Virus record (IMG/VR): IMGVR_UViG_3300024275_000007
DNA from: a virus
Length of the DNA: 64,000 bases
Reading direction: 5' to 3' (one strand)
The notes beneath the pieces are model-generated. The model did no database searches and was not told where the DNA came from. It saw nothing but the letters and a program-made list of their open reading frames with translations. Positions 35,521 to 45,562 of the stretch are shown piece by piece. Position numbers and translations under genes: made by a program. Numbering within the stretch: position 1 is the first letter of the stretch; each line of letters begins with the position of its first letter.

Positions 35521-36333
35521 ATGGCCGGTTTACCATTCTTATTCACTGTTGGCACTACTCAATACGACTTCCGTGAAGTGCTTACTGCGCTTCCGTTCGC
35601 CGGTGATCCTAACCGCGTCGTTGTGACCTTCGACAACGGTCAAGGTTCTCTAAATCTTGACGCCGCAACGTTTAATGCATTGCGCCTCGCTGCATTGAAC
35701 TCGACTGGTAATCCCCCGACTGGTAGTGCCGGTGGTGACCTGACTGGCTCATATCCAGATCCGACTATTGCCACGGTTATGGGTACGTCCCCGACTGCGG
35801 CTGGTCTAGCTCTCTTAGGTGCTGCTGATGCCGCCGCCCAACGTGTTTCCATTGGACTTGATACTGCTGGTGGTGATCTCAGTGGTACTTTACCAGCTCC
35901 GACTGTTGCTAAAGTAGCTGGCGTTACCCCTGGTGTAACTGGTCTCGTAATTCTGGCAACTGCATCAGCCGCTGCGGCTCGTGCAGCTATTGGCATTACT
36001 CCAGCCAATGCGCCGACGATCATACCGCTAACTGATGCTGCTACTATCGCCGTTGATGCTTCCCTTGGTAGTCTCGGTCGTGTTACTCTTGCTGGTGATC
36101 GCACTCTAGGCAATCCAACGAACCCAACCGATGGCCAGTATATCACCTTCGAGTTTACCCAGGGCTCCGGTGGTACGCATACCCTAGCATTCGATACGAA
36201 GTACGCTGCAACTACAACCCTAGCACTACCGACACTATCGACCTCCGCTGGTGATGTTGATTACGTTGCATTCCGGTATAACTTAGCCAAGGACAAGTGG
36301 TACATCCAGCTCAGTAACCTCGGCGGTGCATAA
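35521..36333 (+). CDS. putative tail fibre protein
   Basis: Two GGDL(T/S)G..P.PT repeats; C-terminal LTDAATIAVDAS...TLAG.RTL.NPTN domain. Confidence 0.78.
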   Translation: MAGLPFLFTVGTTQYDFREVLTALPFAGDPNRVVVTFDNGQGSLNLDAATFNALRLAALNSTGNPPTGSAGGDLTGSYPDPTIATVMGTSPTAAGLALLGAADAAAQRVSIGLDTAGGDLSGTLPAPTVAKVAGVTPGVTGLVILATASAAAARAAIGITPANAPTIIPLTDAATIAVDASLGSLGRVTLAGDRTLGNPTNPTDGQYITFEFTQGSGGTHTLAFDTKYAATTTLALPTLSTSAGDVDYVAFRYNLAKDKWYIQLSNLGGA

Positions 36334-36539
36334 TGGCCTCTGTAACTAGTCCTTTCATTTTGTATACCGGCACAACGGCGTACGATCTTAGAAAGGTATC
36401 AAGTTGGTCACAGACAAATCCGCAAACGGAACCAGCTACGGTGCAGGTACGTTTTATAGATATGCCTGAACGTACCGTTCCTTTTGATATGGCTACGTTT
36501 GAAACGGCTATGCAGGCGGCTTTAGACGCTCAAGTTTAA
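36333..36539 (+). CDS. stand-alone copy of the fibre N-terminal module
   Basis: TSPFILY.G.TAYDLRK and V.FD.ATF match the N-termini of both flanking genes. Confidence 0.75.
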   Translation: MASVTSPFILYTGTTAYDLRKVSSWSQTNPQTEPATVQVRFIDMPERTVPFDMATFETAMQAALDAQV

Positions 36540-36587
36540 CGAAGCAGCAGTTGTTGATCCAGACCCTTTAACCTATAGGCTGTTAGT

Positions 36588-37514
36588 ATGCCAGTTACGT
36601 CGCCGTTCATCCTGTATGTGGGCAACACGGCATATGATTTACGGAAGATCTCCTCAGTAATCCCAGGTGATGACACTGAACACGTCATTGCCCGGTTTAT
36701 CGATGATCCTCGTGTCACAGTTCAGTTCGATACCGCTACGTTCTTCCCGGTTTGGCAGACTTCGTTAATCGCCAGCCAAGGAGCTTCGCCTACTGGTCCA
36801 GCTGGTGGTGACCTTAGTGGTACGTATCCGAATCCTACGGTTGTCAGGATCCAGGGTCGTCCAGTATCAGCAGCTGCCCCAACGTCAGGTTCGACGTTCA
36901 TCTGGGATGGCAGTACTTGGCAGATCTCGTACCCAGTACAGTACTTTGCTAGCTCAGCTGCTGCCGTAGCCTCCGCTCCGTTCATCAATGGAACAACCAT
37001 TGTTATCAGCCCCGGAAGTCCGACGTCGGAAGCCGGTACTTATCAAGTTACTTCAAATGGTGGTGTCAGCTTCCCATCGGATTACACCCTTATCAGCTCA
37101 GCTGTTATTACAGCGAGTGATGTCGGTATTACCGATAGCGCAGGCTGGTATGCTGGTGCTACAAACGTTGAAGATGCCCTAGCCCAGGTTGGTGCCGGTC
37201 AAGAGGGCCAGCTAACTGGCACACTTATTGTTGGCGCGAACACTTTAGACAGCGTGGCTATAGCTCAATATGGCGCTGTAGAGTGGCAGCTTGAATTGGT
37301 CAAGGGTACAACGAGGTACTACGACTTAGTAAGCGCCGTTACTGATGGAACTACGGCAAACTTCACGGAATCCAATATTGCTCTCATCCCAGGAAGCGGG
37401 ACATTTGACTTTACGATATCAGTCAGTATAAGTGGTGCTAACATGATATTGGTCGTTACACCATTGACGACTGGTTGGGCATATCGCGTCCGGAGGCGCC
37501 TGCTCAATGCGTAA
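36588..37514 (+). CDS. putative tail fibre protein
   Basis: Shared N-terminal module, GGDLSGTYPNPTV, and NVEDAL..V motif. Confidence 0.78.
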   Translation: MPVTSPFILYVGNTAYDLRKISSVIPGDDTEHVIARFIDDPRVTVQFDTATFFPVWQTSLIASQGASPTGPAGGDLSGTYPNPTVVRIQGRPVSAAAPTSGSTFIWDGSTWQISYPVQYFASSAAAVASAPFINGTTIVISPGSPTSEAGTYQVTSNGGVSFPSDYTLISSAVITASDVGITDSAGWYAGATNVEDALAQVGAGQEGQLTGTLIVGANTLDSVAIAQYGAVEWQLELVKGTTRYYDLVSAVTDGTTANFTESNIALIPGSGTFDFTISVSISGANMILVVTPLTTGWAYRVRRRLLNA

Positions 37515-37558
37515 CGCGTAGCATTCCCTCCATAACACCATGCGTGGAAAGTGAAACC

Positions 37559-37960
37559 ATGAGTGATTCGAAGCCCCATATCCTTAACCTTACTAATGCA
37601 GGCGCTCTGACGCTGTACAGCATTTTACGTGACGTAAAGTGGTACACCGACAGTCTAGACCTCATTAACGCCGGCGTCATCTCGCAGATGATCGTCAAGA
37701 AGCTCCCGGAGATCCGTAATCAAGAAGCGATGTCGAAGATCCAGAACTTCGAGACCTGGCGAGATAAGACATTCCGTTTCAAGATCAATGAGTCGATGCG
37801 CGAGACCTGTAAGAAGACCGTTACGCATCACCTCAAGGACGGTGCATTCGTTGCCGAGCCAGCTGTTCTGAACCTTATCTACGAGCTAGGCCTCGGTAAG
37901 GCTCCGGATATCAGCGATCTCGAAGATGATGAGCCTGTAGCAGCAGCCGCAGCGGGTTAA
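37559..37960 (+). CDS. hypothetical protein (possible tail assembly factor)
   Basis: Likely start MSDSKPHIL; position between fibre genes. Confidence 0.65.
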   Translation: MSDSKPHILNLTNAGALTLYSILRDVKWYTDSLDLINAGVISQMIVKKLPEIRNQEAMSKIQNFETWRDKTFRFKINESMRETCKKTVTHHLKDGAFVAEPAVLNLIYELGLGKAPDISDLEDDEPVAAAAAG

Positions 37961-38003
37961 ACCGTTGCTGTTCAGCCCTAACCTGGTTAAATAGAAAGCA
38001 CAT

Positions 38004-41000
38004 ATGTCAGCTCAATCCTTTCTTGCCAAGTTAGGGCTGCGAACAGCAACCCTTGGTAGTCTAGCTAGTCTCGCCCTTGCCTTCCCCCTAGCTGAGGGAA
38101 GCATGGATCCAGCGGCGCATACTGATGCTACCCGCATCGGTGTGTTTGCTGCTCGTGGTGGTACCCCCGAAGTTGGCGTTGTAGTCAGTGGTACTCAGTC
38201 TCTCTCAGTTCGTCAGACCGGTGTAGTGGTTACCGGCACAATCAATGCTTCAAGTACAGTTACCTCAACTGGCGCAGTTTTAACTCCCGTAGCAGCTAAC
38301 CCCGGTGGTGCAACCACGATTTGGGTCGATAGCGCCGGCAATATTCTCAAGTTCGGTGCCAACCCAATGATTTCCGTTGGTGGCGCCGGTGCAGTACAGT
38401 TTAGCAATGGTTCCGGTGTTGACGGCGACGCCGCGACATTCTTCTGGGACAACACCCTGAAGGCTTTAGCGCTTGGCAGTAACACTCCAGCCGCTCGCCT
38501 TGACATACTTGGCTTAGACCTCAGCGCAGCTGCTGATGGTGCTGTTGGTGCAATTAACGTCCATTCCGGCGGTCTATCTAAGAACGATACGAACACCCGT
38601 CAGTTCTACGGTACTAGACTACGCCCGACCTTTAATACTGGTGCCAGCAACGCTAATACCACGTATGACATTTTGAATGTCGATTCAGTTAACGGCACCA
38701 CCACTGGTCTGACCGTCAATCTTGTCAGCCTCAACTACGGTGGTACCAACGTATTCAAGGTTGTCAGCGATGGCTCAACTGTCATTACTGGTGTTCCCTA
38801 TGTGTGGCCAACTGTCCAGGGTGCTGCCAACAGCATCATGCAGAACAATGGTTCAGGCACCCTTGTCTGGAATGCTGTATCAGGTGATGCCACGCTTAAT
38901 GGCTCCGGTGTACTAACTCTGGCTTCTACGATAACTGCCGGCGGTCCAACTGGCTCTGGTACTGTCGTCCCCGTTATCACCTATGATGCCAAGGGCCGTT
39001 TAACTGCTGTCACTACTGCCGCTATCACAGCTGCTGGCATCGGTGCCATTGGTGGTTCAATTGCCGCCAATCAGATCGCTTATGGTCTAGGCGCCAATAC
39101 GATTCAAGGTAGTGCGACGTTCCTCAATGTAGCCGGCCAAGTCACCCTCGGTACTGCTACTCCAGATGCTACTGCTAGCTTTACTCTCGTTGGACCAAGC
39201 CTAACGACTCAAGCTACGAACTCAATTGGTTCGGCTGTTATCGGCAGCACACTGTCGAAAAACGATACCAATACCCGTACGTTCTACGATACGCTGTATA
39301 AGCCAACCATTAACGCTGGCGGGTCCAACACCAATACGACCTTCAACGTCTTAGCAGTTGATACAGTTAACGCGGGTGTTACCGGGGTCACTACTAACTT
39401 ACTGAATCTGGCGTATGGTGGTACTACTGTAGCCACAATTACTTCCGTGGGTTCACTCACTGCCCAAAACATCAAGACTGAGCCCAACGGCAAAGTACGT
39501 CTAGGAAATGTTGATTTAGGCTACTCTAACCAAGTCAATACCGTAGTCATAGCTGTTGGTAACGCTAACCAGGCTAGTGATACCGGCTCTATTATTCTTG
39601 GTATGAATAGCGTTAATAGCTCTGTTTTGATGCCAAACGCTATTTTAATGGGTGACTCTATCAACGCCACATCGTCTGGTAGTTACCATTTCTACCATTT
39701 CGCGATGGGTCAATACATCAATATCACCAATTTCGATAAGACCATTACTCTTGGTTTCGGCGCAGCTACTGCTGGTGCCAGCAGACTAGCCCCAGTTGGT
39801 TCGAACAGTATTAACTTCGGCGTCAACTCCTCTGTCCCAACTCTTTGGATTGGAGCAGCCTCTGGAGTGGGAACTTTTGGACAAGTCGGTTTGGGCACTG
39901 TTACTGCTGATGCTACAGCGCGCTTCACTGTTCGTGGTACCGACTTAAGTACCGCAGTTGATCAATCAGTAGCTACTATTGCCGCCGGTTCTACACTTAC
40001 TAAGAACGATACGAATACCCGTGTATTCTATGGCACTCAATATAAGCCAACCTTTAACACTGGGGCTAGCAACGCTAATACGACATATAACGTTCTAGCA
40101 ATCGACTCGGTTAACACATCAGTAACTGGTTTAACCGTCAATCTGCTAAACCTGAATTATGGTGGTGTTAACGTCGGTAAGATCGATTCAACTGGCTTGG
40201 CTACCTTTAACGGTGGTATCAACAGCTCAGGTGTTGTAACCCTATCCCGCAACGGTTCTGGTACCGGCGATTACACCCTCGGTGTAACCGGCACAACCAT
40301 CAACAACGCCACTTCAAGCCAAGTTAGAATCGGTAGTGCTATCGCTAGCGGTAATACCGCTACCAATGGTGGTACCTACCTTGGAATCAATAGTGCCGCT
40401 TCCGGAGCCGGCTCTGCTGCTGATTTGATTCACGCTCAAGCTGCTGGTGTTTCAGCATTCCGTGTACTAAGCAATACGACGGTGCGTATCAATAGCACTG
40501 TAGATGATGCCACAGGAGTAGCACAACTTTCAGTGGCGAACGTTGTTACTGCTGCCAGTGCTGCGTGTCTGTTTGTAGATAACGGTAACGATACTGGGGC
40601 AGCTAGTACCGCAATTCTTGTACGTTCGAAAGGAAATACTGGGGCAAGCCGAGTATTCTGTGTCCGAAATCTAGATCACGCCGCACAATTCTCTTTCACG
40701 ATTGGTAGCCTTGGTGCTATGGCTTGGGGTTCTGGAGATGCTGCACGCGATGTAGGTCTTAGCCGCAGCACCTCTGTGGCAAACGCTCTAGTCGTAGATG
40801 GTGGTGGTAGCCCAGGAAACTTCCTGATCTCCGGTCGTCTCGGTGTTAACACGGGATCACTCAGCTCCACCAACGCTGTTATCTCAGTAACGCCATACAA
40901 CATTACTACAGATGCTGACAGCGCTACATCTGTGATGACATTCTCTGGCACTGTGCTCAGTAAGAACGATGCCAATACTCGGCAGTTCTATGGCTTCCGT

Positions 41001-44000
41001 TTCTTACCAACATTCAACACAGGTGCATCCAACACAGGTACGACCTACAACGTCATCAACGTTGATACGGTCAATACCTCCATCACCGGCCTAACCGTCA
41101 ATCTACTGAGCCTAAGCTCCGGTGGCACGAACGTCTTCTTGGTAGATTCCACTGGTGTTACGACTCTTCCCCGTGATGGTGCGGGTGCAGGCAACTATAC
41201 TCTCGGTTTGACTGGGCGTCCTAATCAGAGTGCTTCCTCTAGCCTCTTCCGACTCGGCAACGGCATCAGTGGTGGTAACAACGCTACCAATGGCGGTACC
41301 TACATCGGTATCAGCACACCAGGCTCTCTAGGCGGTTCAGCTGCTGACTTCATCAACTTCCAGAAGAATGGTACTTCAGTCTTTAATATTACCGTCAATG
41401 GCCTAACGGGTATCGGAAGCGCCGCCTCAGCTTCGACAGCGCTTCTGTTGCCCATTAGCACGACGACTATCAGCAGTCTTCGTATCCCTCACGGTGCAGC
41501 TCCAACCTCTCCGATTAATGGCGATATCTGGACTACATCAACCGCTATGTTCGTCCAGATCGGTGGTTCCACAGTACAACTTGGATCAGGCACTATTGGC
41601 GGCTCGATTGCAGCTAACCAAGTCGCCTTCGGTCTGGGCTCCAACACGATTCAGGGCAGTGCAAACCTCACTTACGACGGCACTACCCTGACGTCTGCTA
41701 GTCAGATCGTTAGCACCAAAGCCGGCGCAGCATCTGTCCCAGCAGTAACTCTCACAGGCGCTTGGTTCACTGGCGGGAGCGCTACAACCACGAAGCCCCA
41801 GCTACTCGTCGAGCCCACTGGTGCAACCTCAACCGGTTGGAGTACCAGCGGTACCGGCTTAGGCGTTAACGCCGCTTCAGGCTTTACTGGTAACTTGGTG
41901 GACCTACAGCTCAATGGTGTCAGTAAATTCAACGTTGCTTCTACTGGCGCCCTAACTGTTGTTAGCACATCAGTCAGTATCGGCACTGTCTCATATGTCT
42001 GGCCATCAAGCCAAGGCGCAGCTAGTACAGTCCTAACTAATGATGGTGCCGGTAACCTATCATGGGTAGCTGGTGGCGGTGGCGGTACCCCAGGTGGCTC
42101 AACGACTCAGCTCCAGTACAACAACGCCGGAGCTTTCGGCGGCATCGCTGGCTTTACCTATACCCCAGCTGGCTCGAACACCTTCGATCTCAACATGTCG
42201 CGCACCTATACTGGTCTTGCCAGTGGTAGCAACAAGTATGGCACGCTGAATTCGACTCTAAGCGTTACCCCGACGACCACAGCATCTGGCGGTACCGGTT
42301 ATGCTCTTCGTGGCGCTCTCAGCATTGACGATGTCACCGGCTTGGCCAGCACGAACGGTTCGCTATTCGCCATCGAAGCGAGCATCACTGATGCGTCAAT
42401 CGTGGGCGGTACATGGAATGGTACTATTGGTGCTTTCCGCGCTGTAACCGACATATCAACTGACAACAATACCGCTGGTGCATTCTCCGCAGTTGGTGGC
42501 GCCCACAATACGACTGGTATAAACGTAGCAGCAACCAAGTCCTACACTGGGTCGGCTACAAGTTACGTCGGTATCGTTTCTACGGTTCAGTTGACAACCA
42601 CAGGCACTGTTACAAGTGCTTACGGTGTCCGTATGGGTGGTATCACCGCCAGCTCCGGTGCTATCACCACAGCCTATGGCGTTTACATCGAGACTGTCAC
42701 TGGTACCGGTATCACCACTGGTTATGGTCTCTACCAAGTCGATACAGGTGCGCTGAACTTCTTCGGCGGTGTAGTAGCAGTAGCTGGTGCTACCCCAATA
42801 ACTTCGACCGCCTTAATCACCCCAGCATCGACTACGGCTCGTAGCAGCTTGCGTATTCCGCATGGTACGGCTCCGACATCACCGGTTAACGGCGATATCT
42901 GGACTGATACGACTGGGCTGTTCGTACGAGTCAATAACGCGACAGTGAAGATGGGTACCGTTGGTGGTACGTTCAGCCAGAATCAGATAACCTTTGGTTC
43001 CGCGACTGCTAATCAGATCTCTGGATCTTCGAAGCTGACCTGGGATGATACCAGCGCTATGTTCCATATCACAGCCAGTAACTTCACGGCTTCGTCTGGT
43101 ATTGCTAGAATCAACGGCGACTTCTCCGGCTCAGCCGGTAACCACTACATGAGTGGTTTGACGATTACTCTGGATAACGCCCAGACCGGTGGTTCGAACA
43201 ACTCCATAGACGGCGTCCTAACGAACATCTCCTGCACCGGTAACGGAACCACCAACAACACCGTTAACGGTTTCCGTACCATCGTCAGCCTCCCCACTGG
43301 GCAGAATACTAGCCAGGCAACACTCTTTACTGGATCGATGACGACCTCGGGTGGCAGCACGTACACGTCGGTCTACGGAAGCAATCTGAGCGCCTCGATC
43401 GATGGTGCAGTAACAAACTTCATCGGTTACGAGATAGCTGCCGCAATAAACAGCACCATATCGACAGCTGTAGTCGGGTATAGCGAGACCACTTCTACCA
43501 GCGGTGGTGTTATAACCATACCGACTCTGCGTGGTTTCTCCTCTACCGCTACGGTCAGCTCTGGCGATATCGCCAATGACTTCATGAGCTTCTATGCAGC
43601 CCCACAGCTGCTAGGCGTCTCTACGAACGTCTATGGCGCCTATCTGGCTCCGAACGTCAACGGCTCTGGCGTCGCCACTAACCTCTACGGTATCTACATC
43701 GCCCCACAGAACACTGGGGCGGTTACTAACATGTATGGCATCTATCAGGCTGGTGCCAATGTTAACAACCAGTTCGAAGGTCCAGTCATCTCGAATCTGT
43801 CCCCGTCGGCATCACAAAATGCTGTGGTCCTGACTGGTACTTGGTTTACTGGCGGTGATGACACCACGACTAAGCCACTAGTCTTGATTGAGCCATCGGG
43901 CACAACTTCGAATAACTGGAGCACCGCTGGGACTGCCTTTGGTATTAACGCCAATGTTGCCTTCGTTGGTAACCTAGTTGACCTCAAGGTTAACGCTGCT

Positions 44001-44345
44001 TCCTACTTCAAGGTCGATAATCTTGGTACAGCAGTCATCAGCGGTCTTGCCGATCTAAGGGTAGGCGATGTCTCATCGTCTTGGACTGATAGCGGTTCAC
44101 AGGTTATTCAGGACAATTCCTGGAATATCATCAATACCAACTCGTCAACGATCTCAACGTTTACGCTGGATATGATGCCAAACCCGATCGATGGTAAGAT
44201 AACTACCATCGTCACCGCTGGGGATGTAACTACCTTTACCTTGAATGGTAATGGGCACACAGTTAATAACGCCCCAGGCGCTCTTGTAGCCAATACCAGC
44301 GTGTCATTCATCTACTTCGGCGGTATCTGGTATCGCCTCTACTAA
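38004..44345 (+). CDS. giant repeat-rich tail fibre/adhesin-like protein (2113 aa)
   Basis: G/T/S/N-rich beta-type sequence with several internal repeat families. Confidence 0.8.
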   Translation: MSAQSFLAKLGLRTATLGSLASLALAFPLAEGSMDPAAHTDATRIGVFAARGGTPEVGVVVSGTQSLSVRQTGVVVTGTINASSTVTSTGAVLTPVAANPGGATTIWVDSAGNILKFGANPMISVGGAGAVQFSNGSGVDGDAATFFWDNTLKALALGSNTPAARLDILGLDLSAAADGAVGAINVHSGGLSKNDTNTRQFYGTRLRPTFNTGASNANTTYDILNVDSVNGTTTGLTVNLVSLNYGGTNVFKVVSDGSTVITGVPYVWPTVQGAANSIMQNNGSGTLVWNAVSGDATLNGSGVLTLASTITAGGPTGSGTVVPVITYDAKGRLTAVTTAAITAAGIGAIGGSIAANQIAYGLGANTIQGSATFLNVAGQVTLGTATPDATASFTLVGPSLTTQATNSIGSAVIGSTLSKNDTNTRTFYDTLYKPTINAGGSNTNTTFNVLAVDTVNAGVTGVTTNLLNLAYGGTTVATITSVGSLTAQNIKTEPNGKVRLGNVDLGYSNQVNTVVIAVGNANQASDTGSIILGMNSVNSSVLMPNAILMGDSINATSSGSYHFYHFAMGQYINITNFDKTITLGFGAATAGASRLAPVGSNSINFGVNSSVPTLWIGAASGVGTFGQVGLGTVTADATARFTVRGTDLSTAVDQSVATIAAGSTLTKNDTNTRVFYGTQYKPTFNTGASNANTTYNVLAIDSVNTSVTGLTVNLLNLNYGGVNVGKIDSTGLATFNGGINSSGVVTLSRNGSGTGDYTLGVTGTTINNATSSQVRIGSAIASGNTATNGGTYLGINSAASGAGSAADLIHAQAAGVSAFRVLSNTTVRINSTVDDATGVAQLSVANVVTAASAACLFVDNGNDTGAASTAILVRSKGNTGASRVFCVRNLDHAAQFSFTIGSLGAMAWGSGDAARDVGLSRSTSVANALVVDGGGSPGNFLISGRLGVNTGSLSSTNAVISVTPYNITTDADSATSVMTFSGTVLSKNDANTRQFYGFRFLPTFNTGASNTGTTYNVINVDTVNTSITGLTVNLLSLSSGGTNVFLVDSTGVTTLPRDGAGAGNYTLGLTGRPNQSASSSLFRLGNGISGGNNATNGGTYIGISTPGSLGGSAADFINFQKNGTSVFNITVNGLTGIGSAASASTALLLPISTTTISSLRIPHGAAPTSPINGDIWTTSTAMFVQIGGSTVQLGSGTIGGSIAANQVAFGLGSNTIQGSANLTYDGTTLTSASQIVSTKAGAASVPAVTLTGAWFTGGSATTTKPQLLVEPTGATSTGWSTSGTGLGVNAASGFTGNLVDLQLNGVSKFNVASTGALTVVSTSVSIGTVSYVWPSSQGAASTVLTNDGAGNLSWVAGGGGGTPGGSTTQLQYNNAGAFGGIAGFTYTPAGSNTFDLNMSRTYTGLASGSNKYGTLNSTLSVTPTTTASGGTGYALRGALSIDDVTGLASTNGSLFAIEASITDASIVGGTWNGTIGAFRAVTDISTDNNTAGAFSAVGGAHNTTGINVAATKSYTGSATSYVGIVSTVQLTTTGTVTSAYGVRMGGITASSGAITTAYGVYIETVTGTGITTGYGLYQVDTGALNFFGGVVAVAGATPITSTALITPASTTARSSLRIPHGTAPTSPVNGDIWTDTTGLFVRVNNATVKMGTVGGTFSQNQITFGSATANQISGSSKLTWDDTSAMFHITASNFTASSGIARINGDFSGSAGNHYMSGLTITLDNAQTGGSNNSIDGVLTNISCTGNGTTNNTVNGFRTIVSLPTGQNTSQATLFTGSMTTSGGSTYTSVYGSNLSASIDGAVTNFIGYEIAAAINSTISTAVVGYSETTSTSGGVITIPTLRGFSSTATVSSGDIANDFMSFYAAPQLLGVSTNVYGAYLAPNVNGSGVATNLYGIYIAPQNTGAVTNMYGIYQAGANVNNQFEGPVISNLSPSASQNAVVLTGTWFTGGDDTTTKPLVLIEPSGTTSNNWSTAGTAFGINANVAFVGNLVDLKVNAASYFKVDNLGTAVISGLADLRVGDVSSSWTDSGSQVIQDNSWNIINTNSSTISTFTLDMMPNPIDGKITTIVTAGDVTTFTLNGNGHTVNNAPGALVANTSVSFIYFGGIWYRLY
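38574..41150 (+). repeat. four ~63-aa (S/T)KND(T/A)NTR.FY repeats inside the giant protein
   Basis: Copies start at 38574, 39252, 39996 and 40956. Confidence 0.9.
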
Positions 44346-44353
44346 GGATCTAT

Positions 44354-44725
44354 ATGGCAGACGTCTTCATTCCATTTACAAAGACCATAGCTCAATACGA
44401 GATTCGCGTTCCGAACTTCGTGGCGTATAACAACCTTGACGTACCCGTTACAGATCCACTTAATAAATATAGCTTCGTTATCAATCGCGTAGCTGAGCCA
44501 CAAGACGCTGATCATAATCAGGTTGGTTCTAGGATTCCGCTACAGTCCCACACCATGAAGATTGCTGACATAGCCGAGCAGGAGTTTACCGCTGCCGGAG
44601 TCACTGCTACTGGTCTTCAGGTTCTAGCACTTGTCAGTGCGGTTATAGACGCCCATAAGGGTGACGGTCTAACGACGGATAATATCGACGTACCCAATAT
44701 AAATGCTAACGTCGTAGGTTCCTAA
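44354..44725 (+). CDS. fibre-associated small protein, paralog A
   Basis: DVFI..TK...QY.I.VP, R.AEPQ, VGSRI.LQS.TM shared with the next gene. Confidence 0.8.
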   Translation: MADVFIPFTKTIAQYEIRVPNFVAYNNLDVPVTDPLNKYSFVINRVAEPQDADHNQVGSRIPLQSHTMKIADIAEQEFTAAGVTATGLQVLALVSAVIDAHKGDGLTTDNIDVPNINANVVGS

Positions 44726-44730
44726 ACGTT

Positions 44731-45084
44731 ATGCCTGATGTCTTCATCGATAATACCAAGAGTGCTGTACAATACGCTATAGTTGTACCGAAGCTTGAGA
44801 TCTTTAATGACCTCAACGTACCCATAACTGACTTGCCACACAAGTTTACGTTGGTCATTCATCGCATAGCCGAGCCACAGAATAGCGCGCATGTTCCAGT
44901 TGGCTCCCGTATTACGCTTCAGAGTCGTACCATGCGTGGCGGCGACGCTGCCGCTGAGTTCTTCACTGTAGGTAACATTACTTTAACTGGGGCACAAGTA
45001 CTGGCTTTCGTACAAGCAGTAGTTGACAAACACAAGCCCGATGGTTTAACTGCTGATGTCATCGCGGCCAGCGCGAAGCAGTAA
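44731..45084 (+). CDS. fibre-associated small protein, paralog B
   Basis: Full-length similarity to the upstream gene. Confidence 0.8.
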   Translation: MPDVFIDNTKSAVQYAIVVPKLEIFNDLNVPITDLPHKFTLVIHRIAEPQNSAHVPVGSRITLQSRTMRGGDAAAEFFTVGNITLTGAQVLAFVQAVVDKHKPDGLTADVIAASAKQ

Positions 45085-45089
45085 ATCAT

Positions 45090-45165
45090 TGGCGAGTAGC
45101 TCAGTTGGTAGAGCAGCGCACTGTTAATGCGCTTGTCCTTGGTTCGACTCCAAGCTTGCCAGCCA
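45090..45165 (+). tRNA. tRNA-Asn (GTT)
   Basis: 76-nt cloverleaf: TGGCGAG/CTTGCCA acceptor, GCGCA-CTGTTAA-TGCGC, GGTTCGACTCC, G73, encoded CCA. Confidence 0.95.
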
Positions 45166-45168
45166 AAC

Positions 45169-45203
45169 CAAGCCATTCTTAACCGGATGGCTTGTACTGT
45201 TTT
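45169..45203 (+). terminator. probable intrinsic terminator after tRNA-Asn
   Basis: CAAGCCAT/ATGGCTTG stem, extendable to 10 bp, followed by TACTGTTTT. Confidence 0.6.
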
Positions 45204-45225
45204 ATAGAACTACTAATCTAATAGT

Positions 45226-45528
45226 ATGACACCAGAGGATTTATCTACGAAATTCGAGAGATTACTGGTATCGCAGGCCACGCTATGTTCAACAGTCTCC
45301 GAACTAATGGGAACACTTAATACAGTTGCTACACAGCAGTTGCACCTCATTAAGAAGATGAATGAGCACAGTGATGTTCTGATGCGGCATGAGCGCGCAT
45401 TGGGTCGCTGCACTAGCTGTACGAACTATCAAGGTAAAGACCCCAACGAAGAGACCGATGAAATACCGGCATACGATCCCAGAGGTACAGGGCCATTGGT
45501 CGCCCTGAAGCAGCCTTCCAAGGAGTGA
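45226..45528 (+). CDS. coiled-coil protein with CxxC
   Basis: 100 aa, heptad pattern, CTSC. Confidence 0.7.
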   Translation: MTPEDLSTKFERLLVSQATLCSTVSELMGTLNTVATQQLHLIKKMNEHSDVLMRHERALGRCTSCTNYQGKDPNEETDEIPAYDPRGTGPLVALKQPSKE

Positions 45529-45562
45529 TTGTTCCAGTTTATCCATAGCTTAAAATAGCAGC

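Noticed and set aside
38004-45084. Diversity-generating retroelement or shufflon acting on the fibre
   Set aside because: There is no reverse transcriptase or invertase in the window. The repeats differ at all base types rather than only at adenines, and I saw no inverted crossover sites.
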